The notes: generated by a model not told the origin, from the letters alone. DNA of 64,000 bases from an uncultured Prevotella sp. (GCA_946415245.1 CAMKRS010000008.1:3118-67117), one strand, 5' to 3'. Shown: positions 31,688-42,934, numbered from the stretch's first letter. Translations and numbers: made by a program.

Positions 31688-32549
31688 AACTAAAGATGAT
31701 CGTCTTATTCTTATATGTCAGAATCTTGCGCTGGATATGTTTGCTGACGGCATGCGAAAGCACGATCTTCTCCAGGTCCTTGCCTTTCAGCACCAGACTC
31801 TCGGGCGTGTCCTTATGCGTGATGCGCGTCACATCCTGTTCGATAATCGGTCCTGCGTCCAGCTCCGCCGTCACATAGTGGCTCGTGGCACCGATGATCT
31901 TCACACCGCGCTCGTAGGCCTGGTGATAGGGCTTTGCGCCGATAAACGCCGGCAGGAACGAGTGGTGGATATTGATGATATGATGCGGATATTCGGCAAT
32001 CATCTCGTCGCTGATAATCTGCATATAACGGGCTAGCACGATAAACGAGATGTCCTCCTTCTTCAGCAGTTCCATCTCGGCAGCCTCCACCTCGGCCTTG
32101 TTAGAGTGGTCTTTCTTGATGCTCCACACATAATAGGGAATACCGAACTGGTCGGCCACATAACGCAGATCCTCATGGTTCGACACGATGCAGGGGATGT
32201 CGCAGTTAAACTCGCCTGCCTTCCAGCGTGCCAGCAGGTCGTAGAGGCAATGACTCATCTTCGAGACGAAAATCGCCATTCTCGGACGTTTGTCGCTATA
32301 ATAGAGCGAGAACTTCATCTGATAGCGCTGGGCATAGAGCGTGGTGATATAGTCATAGAGCTTGTCGCGGGGGATGAGGAATCCCTCCAACTCCCATTCT
32401 ATGCGCATGAAGAACATGCCCTCTACCTTGTCAACATATTGATCCAGGTAGACAATGTTACCTTTGTTGTCGGTTATAAATTTGGTCACTTCTGAGATAA
32501 TTCCCTGTTTATCGGGACAATGCAGAAGCAGAATTGCGGTCGTTTCCAT
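31686..32549 (-). CDS. purU: Formyltetrahydrofolate deformylase
   Basis: 'CPDKQGI', 'LARYMQI', 'INIHHSFLPAF.GAKPY', 'LDAGPII'. Confidence 0.96.
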   Translation of the reverse strand: METTAILLLHCPDKQGIISEVTKFITDNKGNIVYLDQYVDKVEGMFFMRIEWELEGFLIPRDKLYDYITTLYAQRYQMKFSLYYSDKRPRMAIFVSKMSHCLYDLLARWKAGEFNCDIPCIVSNHEDLRYVADQFGIPYYVWSIKKDHSNKAEVEAAEMELLKKEDISFIVLARYMQIISDEMIAEYPHHIINIHHSFLPAFIGAKPYHQAYERGVKIIGATSHYVTAELDAGPIIEQDVTRITHKDTPESLVLKGKDLEKIVLSHAVSKHIQRKILTYKNKTIIFS

Positions 32550-32663
32550 CTAATTTTTCTTGTCTTTTTTTGAATTCAAGGTGCAAAGGTACTCAAAAAA
32601 ATCCAATTTCTCACGGAAACTCCGAAAAAAATCTCACTTTCTACTCAATAAATTGAGTAATGT

Positions 32664-32801
32664 TATCTCACACATATCTCACAGATCTCACAGATTTGGC
32701 CTTTGGCCATGGATTTAGCATCTTACAAACATCACCAGCGGTGATAATAATCCGTGAGATCTGTGAGATCTGTGTGACCTTTATATTATATCTGTGAGAT
32801 C
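32664..32801. repeat. Inverted clusters of 9-bp repeats (REP-like stem-loop)
   Basis: (ATCTCACAG)x3 ... (CTGTGAGAT)x3 plus one further copy. Confidence 0.85.
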
Positions 32802-33976
32802 TAGTTCCCATCGGGTTTCGTGAGGTTGCTGCCTGATGACATCTGCCAGACGAATTGGTCGGGATCATCCGGCCGTGCGGGATCGTAGTCCTGCCACTCC
32901 TGACGCAGATAGCTGGCCAAAGGTGACTGAATCTGTTTCAGCCCCATCACCACCATCTTGGCAATCTCCCACGCCCCGTAGGGATTAAAATGTGTATTAT
33001 CTGCCAGCGCCTTCTCCTGATTCGGGAACGTGTTGGCGGGGTAGTGCACCAGCGCCCGCTTCGAACCCTCCTCACCGAGCGTCTCGTAGAAAGTGGTCGA
33101 CATTCGCGTGAGGTCGATCACCGGCACCTGCTCTCTTCTGGCTACGGTCTTCATCGCCTCGGGATAGTCGCCGTGGGTATTCTCGATACGACCGTCTTTG
33201 AAGAACCTGCGGGCCGTCGGCGTACAGAATATGATGTTTCCCCCGGCAGCCTTCACACGGTCGGCGAAGATTTTCAGATTCCGCGAATACGAGTACCAGG
33301 CCCCGTCGCCGGCCTTCTTTTCCTTCTCGTCATTATGACCGAATTCCACAATCACATAGTCACCTTTTTTCAATTGCGAAAGGATCTTGTCCAGACGCAG
33401 CTGGGCGAGGAAGGTGGTACACGACAGTCCACTCTCGGCGAAGTTGGCGATGGCCACCTGCGGACCGAACCAACGGGTGATCATCTGTCCCCACGATGCC
33501 CAGGGCTCGTCTTCCTGATCCACCACCGTCGAGTTGCCACATAGGAATACCGTCGTCACATCCGTAACAGGCTCTATATGAATTCGTTGCACGGCAGGCA
33601 TTGAACCACAGAAGGAGAGGTTCAGTGAGTCGTCCCAGTTCTTATAATCCACCTCTCTCGGCTTCAACTTCACCCGCACATCGCCCTCGATTACCGGACT
33701 GTGTTTGTTCACGATAAACTCTACCGTCGCGAACTTTCCTTTCTTTGTCACGACCTCATCCACGTAGTGCCGTCTCGACTCAGCGCGCACCACCGTTTGT
33801 CCGGCTTTTTTCTTGTTTCCGAGCGTCACCGTCACGCGGTAATTCCCGTCGGGAACGGCCACCGAAAAGTTAAAGGGTTGCTGACTCACTTTGTTCAACA
33901 CCGTGTCAATCACCTGTGCATTGCTGACCATCGTAGGACAGACGGCCATGATTAGTCCTATAAGCGTTTGTTTCAT
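32801..33976 (-). CDS. Rhamnogalacturonan acetylesterase (CE12, SGNH fold)
   Basis: 'FLCGNSTV', 'SWGQM', 'EFGHND', 'DNTHF'; signal peptide from ATG at 33976. Confidence 0.88.
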   Translation of the reverse strand: MKQTLIGLIMAVCPTMVSNAQVIDTVLNKVSQQPFNFSVAVPDGNYRVTVTLGNKKKAGQTVVRAESRRHYVDEVVTKKGKFATVEFIVNKHSPVIEGDVRVKLKPREVDYKNWDDSLNLSFCGSMPAVQRIHIEPVTDVTTVFLCGNSTVVDQEDEPWASWGQMITRWFGPQVAIANFAESGLSCTTFLAQLRLDKILSQLKKGDYVIVEFGHNDEKEKKAGDGAWYSYSRNLKIFADRVKAAGGNIIFCTPTARRFFKDGRIENTHGDYPEAMKTVARREQVPVIDLTRMSTTFYETLGEEGSKRALVHYPANTFPNQEKALADNTHFNPYGAWEIAKMVVMGLKQIQSPLASYLRQEWQDYDPARPDDPDQFVWQMSSGSNLTKPDGN

Positions 33977-34099
33977 CGTTTGTTTTGTTTTCTGCTGCAA
34001 AATTACAAATTTCTCGTTAAAAAATGAACACATTTCAAAAATAATTCGTATATTTGCAGCATCAACTTATCAAATAACTCATTATACTAATATTACTAA

Positions 34100-35002
<903 letters not shown>

Positions 35003-35006
35003 CCCG

Positions 35007-35654
35007 AATCCCCCTTATTCGTTGAAGTGGGAGGGTAAGGACAATACCATTCTGATCAATGCCGAGCGCTATGCTCCTGCTGGTGTGCTGGCTCCAAAGA
35101 GTGCAGCTGACTTGGCATTCACGATGCACATGCTGTGGCATCTCAGTGAGCGAGGCACCGCTGCCATCGTAGAATTCCCGGGAGTGCTCTATCGTGGTGG
35201 CGATGAGAAGAAAATCCGCCAGTATCTGGTGAGCCACAACTATGTGGATTGTGTGATACAGTTGCCTGCCAACCTCTTCTTTGGCGTAGGCATCGCCACT
35301 TGTATCATCGTGCTGAAAAAGAGTGCCAAGGTGGATTCGAGTGTGCTCTTTATCGATGCCAGTAAACTCTTCCAGAAGAATGGCAACAAGAACCTGCTGC
35401 TGCCTGAACATCAGGACAAGATCATGCAGCTATTTGAAAACCGCAAGGATGAGCAGTATCTGGCCAAGTTGGTAAAGAACGATGATATCCTTGCCAACGA
35501 CTGCAACCTCAGCGTATCCAGCTATGTAGAGCAGGAGGACACCCGCGAGGTGATCAACATCACTGAGGTCAATGCCAAACTCGAAACCCTCATTGCCGAG
35601 GGCAACGAACTGAATGAGAAGATTGAGGCTATTATTAAGGAATTAGGAGAGTAA
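35007..35654 (+). pseudogene. hsdM: 3' fragment of a type I RM methyltransferase subunit
   Basis: Begins at the catalytic NPPY (AAT CCC CCT TAT, 35007-35018), 4 bp after the esterase stop; 'APKSAADLAF', 'FPGVLYRGG', 'NLSVSSYV'; N-terminus absent. Confidence 0.88.
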
Positions 35655-35662
35655 TACGCATA

Positions 35663-35845
35663 TTCCCTCATAAAATTGGCATAAAATTATAATTATTCCC
35701 TCATAAAATTGGCAGCAAAGCTCTGAAGTTCCCCAAGAAAATTGGCAAAAGTACTATAAAGTTCCCCAAGAAAATTGGCAAAAAATTTGGAAGTTCGTCC
35801 GAAAAAGTGTAACTTTGCAGCGATAATTCGTCCAGAAAAGTGTAA
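35663..35845 (+). repeat. Six 19-bp direct repeats at 33-bp period overlapping the ATPase promoter
   Basis: Unit starts at 35663, 35696, 35729, 35762, 35794 and 35827; consensus TTCnnnnnnAAAAnTGnnA. Confidence 0.9.
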
Positions 35846-35851
35846 ATCGGT

Positions 35852-37180
35852 ATGAAGAGAAAACTATATAATGCGCTGATAGAGTGGAAAAACGACCCAG
35901 ACCGCAAGCCTTTGGTGCTTGAGGGAGCTCGTCAGGTGGGTAAGACTTGGCTGCTAAAAGAGTTTGGCAAGAACGAGTTCGGTAATCTGGTATATGTCAA
36001 TTGTCATGACGATGAGCGTATGCAAAATCTGTTTCAGCAGGATCTTCATGTGGAACGTATCATGCAGGCGCTCCAGGCTTTTACTCAGCAACCTATTATT
36101 GCAGGAAAGACACTTATCTTTATAGACGAGATACAAGAGGCTTATAGAGGTCTTGACAGTCTGAAATATTTTTGTGAGAATGCACGCGATCAGCATATTG
36201 TTGTCGCTGGGTCTTTATTGGGTGTAACACATCGTCCTGGCGAATCCTATCCTGTGGGTAAGGTTAATTTCCTATATTTGTACCCTATGAGTTTTGAAGA
36301 ATTCCTGTGGGCTAAAGGCGAGGAGAAATTGGCAGAGATGATTGCAAATTGTGATTGGAAACTGATGAGCATCCTTGATACGAGGATACAGGAACTACTT
36401 AGGCAATATTACTACGTTGGCGGTATGCCCGAGGCTGTGCTGGATTATACCAATCATAGCGATGTGAATAAGATAAGGAAGATACAAAAAACCATCCTTA
36501 AGACATACGATAACGATTTTGCCAAGCATGCAGGCAATGAGACGGAGCGTATACGCCTTGTGTGGAAGAGTATACCAGCCCAACTGGCCAGAGAGAACAA
36601 GAAGTTTATCTACGGAGCCGTGAAACCTGGAGGGCGTGCACGCGATCTGGAATCTGCTATCCAATGGCTAATTGATGCGAAATTGGCATTTAAAGTGCAT
36701 CGTTGCAGTAAGCCTACCATGCCGTTAAGTTTCTACGAAGACTTTAATGCATTTAAACTGTTTACGCTCGATGTTGGACTTTTAGGAGCAATGGCAAATG
36801 CTCCTGCCAGTTTGATGTTGACAAGCAATGATGTGTTTAAAGAGTTTAAGGGGGCTTTCTCTGAGAATTATGTTTTTGAGCAACTTAAAATGTTCGATGA
36901 TCTGAGCATCTACTATTTTAGTAAAGAAAACTCTACTCAGGAGATTGACTTCCTTGTACAGACAGATGAACGAATAATCCCCATTGAGGTAAAGGCAGAG
37001 GAGAATCTGAGAAGCAAGTCACTTCGTGGCTTTATTGTCGAAGATTATCCTAATGAACATTTCAAAGGCTTGCGCTGCTCCATGAAGCCCTATATTGATC
37101 AGGACTGGATGGAGAATATACCGCTTTATGGGGTTCTGGGATATATTAACAAGCAAATCGTTAAAGAGTCAGGAGAGTAG
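35852..37180 (+). CDS. AAA_14 ATPase with DUF4143 (wHTH and PD-(D/E)XK-like) domain
   Basis: 'GARQVGKT', 'FIDEIQ', 'VAGSLLG', 'GGMPE', C-terminal 'EIDF...PIEVK'. Confidence 0.92.
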   Translation: MKRKLYNALIEWKNDPDRKPLVLEGARQVGKTWLLKEFGKNEFGNLVYVNCHDDERMQNLFQQDLHVERIMQALQAFTQQPIIAGKTLIFIDEIQEAYRGLDSLKYFCENARDQHIVVAGSLLGVTHRPGESYPVGKVNFLYLYPMSFEEFLWAKGEEKLAEMIANCDWKLMSILDTRIQELLRQYYYVGGMPEAVLDYTNHSDVNKIRKIQKTILKTYDNDFAKHAGNETERIRLVWKSIPAQLARENKKFIYGAVKPGGRARDLESAIQWLIDAKLAFKVHRCSKPTMPLSFYEDFNAFKLFTLDVGLLGAMANAPASLMLTSNDVFKEFKGAFSENYVFEQLKMFDDLSIYYFSKENSTQEIDFLVQTDERIIPIEVKAEENLRSKSLRGFIVEDYPNEHFKGLRCSMKPYIDQDWMENIPLYGVLGYINKQIVKESGE

Positions 37181-37183
37181 CGT

Positions 37184-37312
37184 ATGGATGCAATATGGGA
37201 TTGGGCAAAAGAAAACTTTGATCTGATAAGCCTGTTTGTTGGCATAATAGGTGTTGTCATTGCCGTTATATCATTGATGTACGAGATAAAGAAAAAGAAA
37301 GAGAAGAAGTAA
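37184..37312 (+). CDS. 42-aa single-TM small protein
   Basis: MDAIWDWAKENFDLISLFVGIIGVVIAVISLMYEIKKKKEKK*; sits 3 bp after the ATPase stop and 1 bp before hsdS. Confidence 0.65.
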   Translation: MDAIWDWAKENFDLISLFVGIIGVVIAVISLMYEIKKKKEKK

Positions 37313-37313
37313 T

Positions 37314-37643
37314 ATGGTTGAGTGGAAGAAGTTAGGTGATATTTGCGAAGTGCAAAGAGGTAAGCGCTTGACAAAAAATCTTCTTGATGACAATGCTGCT
37401 TATCCGGTGTATCATGGTGGTCTTGAGCCATTAGGAAAGTATGGACAATTCAATAGGGAGGCTAATACTGTGATGGTTATAAATGTAGGCGCTTCAGCTG
37501 GAACTGTAGGATTTAGTGATAGCAGATTTTGGTCTTCAGATGGTTGTTTTTGCATATCTCATTCTAAACTACTTAATCTGCATCGGGAGATGCGGCCTTT
37601 ATTCCCAGAAAAATTAGTATCTTTGCACCCAAATAGAGAATAA
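37314..37643 (+). pseudogene. hsdS: 5' fragment of a type I RM specificity subunit (part of the first TRD)
   Basis: 'VEWKKLGDICEVQRG', 'YPVYHGG', 'GASAGTV'; resemblance ends near 37577. Confidence 0.8.
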
Positions 37644-37645
37644 CC

Positions 37646-39778
37646 ATGATGAAAAGACTATTTTTGGCACTCGGTCTGACGGTGATGACGGTGTGAGGTG
37701 CTTCGGCACAGGAGACGGATCAGAATCTGGCGCGGCATAATTTCTTCTATGCCGGGCAGAGTAAGCAACGACGAATGTTTATCGTGAAGGATGGACAGGT
37801 GAGCTGGGCCTATCAAGACCGGTTGAAGCGCGGTGAGATCAGCGATGCCGTGCTTTTGAGTGACGGACATATCCTGGTGGCCCATCAGTATGGCGTGGCT
37901 GAGGTGACACAGACCTCAGAGACCGTTTGGAGCTATGCGGCACCGGAGGGAATGGAGATTCACACCATCCAACCTATCGGCAGGACGCATGTGGTGTTTG
38001 TGCAGAACGGCAAACCGGCCAAGGCCGTGGTGATGGAAATCCCCCAGTGCCGCATCGTGAGAGAGTTTGAACTGCCCATTAACGAAAAGGGTTCGGTGCA
38101 CGGTCAGTTCCGCAATGCCCGGCTCAGTAGTCGCGGCACATTGCTCGTCGCCAACATGGCAATGGGCTGCATCCACGAGTTTACGAGCGACGGCAAGGAG
38201 GTAGACCGATGGGGCGGTATGCTGCCCTGGAGTGTGCAGGAGATGCCGAAGACAGGTAATCTGCTCATCACCGGCAGGAAGGGCAGAATTCAGGAGATCA
38301 ACCGTCAGGGACAGACCGTGTGGGAACTGAACACCACCGACTATGGTGTGACACAGCCGCAGAAGACCGTGCGCCTGAAGAACGGCGGACATCTGATCAA
38401 TAACTGGTATAACGAGTGGAACAAAGAACCGATGGACACGGCGAATGCCCCCGTGCAGGCCATCGAAGTGGATAAAGACGGAAAAGTGGTGTGGCAGCTC
38501 AGGGCTTGGAAGAATCCCGATCTCGGGCCGTCGACGACCATCCAGTTGCTCGATGAGCCTGTCAACCGCGACAGGCTGTTCTTCGGTGAGTTTAATCCGC
38601 AGAAACCGAAACTCTTTGTCGGCCCGAATGAGCCGATGGGTGAGGGTAGGGGCATCCATCCGGGGCGCGTGGCATGGATTCATGCGCCAGGTGTGGCCCG
38701 ATGGGACGGCAAGACCGGCCTCTGGGTGGAAGACCGCTGGAACGACCAGACGAAGGCCGATGCCATGATACCCGAGGCTGTGATGCAGCTGACGGGCAAA
38801 GCGACGGCGAAGAAAGCCTGGCTGGCACTGTTCAAGCACTTTAACAAGACCCACGGGCGCGGCAACCGAGGCTATAAGAAGGGTGAGAGCATCGCCATCA
38901 AACTGAACCTGAACAATGCCATCACCCACCACGACACCATTGAACTGAACTCGTCGCCTTTCGTGACACTGGCCCTGGTGCGCTCGATGGTGCGCGACGG
39001 GGGTGTGCGCCAGCAGGACATCATCCTCTGCGAACCCAGCCGCGCCATTACCGACAGTATTTATAATAAGGTGCATCGCGAGTTCCCCCTGGTGCGCATG
39101 ATTGACAACATCGGCGGCGACGGGCGCGAGAAGTGCGAGTACTATCCTGAGCAGATCACTTATTCCGTCGACAATGGCAAGATGGCACGCGGACTGGCTA
39201 AGTGTATCGTGGATGCCGACTATCTCATCAACTCGGCCCTGCTCAAGACACACAGCGGACCGGGCGTGACGCTGACCACCAAGAACTGGTATGGTGCGAC
39301 CGACATCAACCTGCTCTGGCGACAGAACGCCCACAACAACGTGAGTCAGGACAAGCGCAACGGCAAACCCCAGTATAAGACCTTCGTGGACTGGATGACA
39401 CACAAGCACATGGGTCAGAAGGCGCTGCTCTTCCTGATCGACGGCACATACGGCTCGCGCGACGTGAACGGCGCACCCAACCCCAAGTGGATGAAGGAGC
39501 CCTTTAATGGCGACTGGGCCTGCTCGATCATCGTGTCGCAGGATGAAGTGGCCTGCGATGCTGTGGGTATGGACATCATCATCAACGAGTGGCCGGAGTT
39601 CGGCTCGCTGAACTATTGCGACGAGTATCTGCGCGAGGCGGCCTCGCTGCCCCATGCCCCCAGTGGCACGGTCTACAAGCAGGAGGGCAAGCCGGTGGAG
39701 CAACCCCTCGGACTCTTTGAGCATTGGAACAAAGACCATCAGTATAAGAAGATTGACCTCAGATACAAGAAGCTATGA
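37646..39778 (+). pseudogene. Beta-propeller plus DUF362 secreted protein with an in-frame TGA in the signal peptide
   Basis: MMKRLFLALGLTVMTV*GASA|QETD... is in frame with the 37775 ORF; DUF362-like 'IAIKLNLN', 'LKTH...VTLTTKNWYG', 'SQDEVACD'. Confidence 0.7.
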
Positions 39779-42549
39779 TGATGAAAAGGTTGGTGAGTGT
39801 GATGGGGCTTTTGTTGTTGTTCGCAGGCATGAAAGCCCAGGTGAATGATGCTTTTCAAGGTGTGCTGCCTGTGACCGACCCTATGATGAAGAAAAGTCTG
39901 AACGGCGAGTGGCAACTGAAGGTGATAAAAGGGATCGCAGATAGTCAGACGGTGCCTGCCCTTGATGAGACGTGGGGCAGAATCCCTGTGCCGGGCTGTT
40001 GGGAACAATATGGCTTCTGCACACCCAGCTACGACAAGGCCCAAGCGCTGACGGGATATTACCGCACCACATTCACCGTGCCTGAAGCATGGAAAGGTCA
40101 GCAGGTCTTCATCCGCTTCGACGGCGTGCTATATGGCTACGACCTATGGGTGAATGGCAAGGCTGTGGGATTATGGCGCTCGGGCTATAACACTGCCATC
40201 TTCGACATCACGCCTTATCTCAGCAAGAAGACAGCGACGCAGGCATTGGCCCTCCGCGTCATCTCGCAATTCAGAGGAAGCGATTTCGACTATAATGACG
40301 ACTGGGCACCCAATGGTATCTTCCGTGATGTGACGCTGATGGCTGTGCCGAAGACGCATATCAGCGACATGACGATCCGGACGAAGAATACGGGTGAGGT
40401 GATGGTCAGCACGGCTATCGCTAATGCTGGCAAGGGCACTGAGGTGAAGCATGAAATCTACGACGCTTGCGGAGAGAAGGTTGCTTCGGGCAATAGTCCC
40501 CGCTTGACGGTATTTGAACCACATCTGTGGACCGCAGAGACGCCTTATCTGTATACCCTGAAGACAACGCTGCTACAGAAGGGCGGTCCCCGAGCCTCGT
40601 CGAAGGGCAGGACGCTGCAGACCTTCGAGCATCAGTTCGGTTTCCGTGAACTGACGATCGACGGGAACATCCTGAAGCTCAACGGCCAACCCATCAAACT
40701 GCGCGGTGTGACCTCGCACAGCACCGATCCCGTGACGGTGAAGGTCATCGACGAGGCCAGTATCCTCCGCGACATGAAACTGATGAAGGAAGCCTCCGTC
40801 AACTATATCCGCACGTCGCACTATCCACGTGAACCGCGCTTCTACGAACTGGCCGATTCGCTCGGTTTCTATATCATCGACGAGGTGCCTTTCGGCTATG
40901 GCGACAAGAATCTGTCGGACTCAACCTTCTATCCCATGTTGCAGCAACGGGCACAGGCTACTATCCGTCGCGACAAGAACCACCCGTCGGTGCTGATCTG
41001 GAGTCTTGGCAACGAGAATCCACTGACAGACATCTGTGTCCGTCTGGGTGACTATGTAAAGCGTGAACTAGACCCCTCGCGCCCTATCTGCTATCCTCAG
41101 GTAGGCTCTTATTTCCGCCGTTTCAATTACGATTTCCCCAAAGTGGCCGACATTTATGCGCCTCATTACCCATCGACATCACAGATAGCAGACTTCTATC
41201 AGCGTGCCGACCGACCGGTGATCTTTACGGAGTACTGTCACACGCTTGGCATCTCGCTGGAGGATCACGATCGCCAGTGGGACATCATCGAGCGCACGCC
41301 GGGCATTGCAGGCGGCTCGGTTTGGGAATGGGTGGATCAAGGTATGCCTTTTAGAGGGATGAAGGAAGATGGAAGAGGGAAGATGTATGGCTACGAGGAG
41401 CGCGTGTTTACGTCAGACGACGGCGGTTTTGAGATGTATGGCAACAAAGGTACTGACGGCTTGCTCTATGCTGACCGCACACCTCTGCCTAACTATTATG
41501 AACTGCAACATAATTATGCGAGAGCTTTTGTCAGTGCTGTCAATTGCGACAGCATCTCAACCAACTTGACAGTCACCAACCGCTACGACTTCCTTAATCT
41601 GAAGGACCATGTCACCTTCCACTGGACGCTGACCAACAACCGCGATACGGTGATGCGTGGTGCCTTCAGTCCAGAATGCGAGCCCCACAGCGCTGCGACA
41701 TACACCTTGAATCTGCCCCGTCAGAGCGGACTCAGTCTGCTGCAGTTTGATATTGAAGATGCTCAGGGACATACGTTCCTTCATCAGAGTTTCGTGCTGA
41801 ATAAGCCACAGGTGGCATGGATAGGACATGGCAGCGGAGCCGTGATGGCAAAAGACGCTACTATCCGTACCGGCCGGAAGCCTACGATGGCCGAGCGCCT
41901 GACTCAGAAAGGACGTCTGCCGGAGAAATACCTGCTGCCACTCGAAAACAGTCAGGTGAAGGCCGACATCCAAAGCTCAGCTATCAAAGGCGGCGAGGAA
42001 ATCAGCTTCACGCTGACGCCCGACACCGCCGACGTGTTCCGCTCGGAGTTGGGGCTGGCCTACCTGCTTGATCCGAGCATCGACCGTGTGCAATGGATAG
42101 GCTATGGCCCCTTTGCCAGCTATCCAGGGCGACATCAGGCCAACCGCTATGGCTTCTGGGCCAAGCACATGGACGACCTCTATTTTGAGGGTAATCACAG
42201 TGGCATCGATGCGGCATTCCTGTCGGACAAGGATGGCAACGGCATCCTGATAACAGGCGACTCGCTGTCGCTGAATTTCGAACAGACCGACCGAGGCATC
42301 GTCGTCACCGTCAATGCTGCCGTCAGCGGACAGGGACCGAAGTTTGCCAAGACCCACTTCCCCGGCTGGCAGAAGGTTGACAAGCCCGTGGGCGCCACAT
42401 TCCAAAGCTATTATATCAAGGCCGATGTCATGCCCGAAGTGGTCAGTCGGCTGTTTGCGCCTGCTGCCGACGTGCCTGCGCCCTTCCGTCCCTTTAAGAC
42501 GCAATATGATACCTATTTGCTCAAATATCCTATCCCATCTTTCCCTTAA
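39775..42549 (+). CDS. Glycoside hydrolase family 2 (beta-galactosidase-like)
   Basis: 'IRTSHYP', 'NHPSVLIWSLGNE' (acid/base), 'FTEY' (nucleophile), signal peptide. Confidence 0.9.
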   Translation: MMMKRLVSVMGLLLLFAGMKAQVNDAFQGVLPVTDPMMKKSLNGEWQLKVIKGIADSQTVPALDETWGRIPVPGCWEQYGFCTPSYDKAQALTGYYRTTFTVPEAWKGQQVFIRFDGVLYGYDLWVNGKAVGLWRSGYNTAIFDITPYLSKKTATQALALRVISQFRGSDFDYNDDWAPNGIFRDVTLMAVPKTHISDMTIRTKNTGEVMVSTAIANAGKGTEVKHEIYDACGEKVASGNSPRLTVFEPHLWTAETPYLYTLKTTLLQKGGPRASSKGRTLQTFEHQFGFRELTIDGNILKLNGQPIKLRGVTSHSTDPVTVKVIDEASILRDMKLMKEASVNYIRTSHYPREPRFYELADSLGFYIIDEVPFGYGDKNLSDSTFYPMLQQRAQATIRRDKNHPSVLIWSLGNENPLTDICVRLGDYVKRELDPSRPICYPQVGSYFRRFNYDFPKVADIYAPHYPSTSQIADFYQRADRPVIFTEYCHTLGISLEDHDRQWDIIERTPGIAGGSVWEWVDQGMPFRGMKEDGRGKMYGYEERVFTSDDGGFEMYGNKGTDGLLYADRTPLPNYYELQHNYARAFVSAVNCDSISTNLTVTNRYDFLNLKDHVTFHWTLTNNRDTVMRGAFSPECEPHSAATYTLNLPRQSGLSLLQFDIEDAQGHTFLHQSFVLNKPQVAWIGHGSGAVMAKDATIRTGRKPTMAERLTQKGRLPEKYLLPLENSQVKADIQSSAIKGGEEISFTLTPDTADVFRSELGLAYLLDPSIDRVQWIGYGPFASYPGRHQANRYGFWAKHMDDLYFEGNHSGIDAAFLSDKDGNGILITGDSLSLNFEQTDRGIVVTVNAAVSGQGPKFAKTHFPGWQKVDKPVGATFQSYYIKADVMPEVVSRLFAPAADVPAPFRPFKTQYDTYLLKYPIPSFP

Positions 42550-42719
42550 TGCGGAGAATTGTACCAAACATGTAAATAAATATGGATTTGTATTTGATTA
42601 TAATTCCTTTATTGATCAATATAATACTAATTTTGATTCAATTAGTGCGATATGGCAGCGGGACGGTTCTTTTGTTATATAGGCCGCGGTGAAAGGTCCC
42701 ATGAGTCATAAATATATAA

Positions 42720-42825
42720 CGCGTTAAAGCCCCGCATCCCTGCGAGGCTTTAACGTTTTTAATAACTAACTAAAACCAAAGTATGAAAAAGACTATATAT
42801 GAAGAAATTATATTTTATTTCTGAT
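42720..42825 (-). ncRNA. Candidate sRNA
   Basis: Minus-strand TAACTTTG at 42834-42841; TTTTTCAT motif; hairpin at 42724-42753; no ORF of 60 aa or more in the track. Confidence 0.45.
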
Positions 42826-42934
42826 TTCTGATGCAAAGTTACAATGATTTTGAACAGATTCCAAGAAATTTCTTCAATTCTTCTTCAACTTGTATGGACA
42901 AACACCCCATCTTTGGACAAATCGTGGAAACAAG

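Noticed and set aside
35663-35845. CRISPR array
   Set aside because: Repeats are 19 bp and degenerate, linkers are only 13-14 bp, no cas genes are present, and the array overlaps a promoter. Kept as a non-CRISPR array.
37694-37696. TGA recoding (Sec or Trp)
   Set aside because: TGA is a normal stop for mtgA, rarA, vsr and others here. The position is in a signal peptide and no SECIS is evident.
37916-39739. 607-aa minus-strand ORF and similar long antisense ORFs (1393-2358, 5196-6110, 29636-30964, 60207-61232)
   Set aside because: They mirror well-supported genes on the other strand, arise from codon bias and show no motifs.
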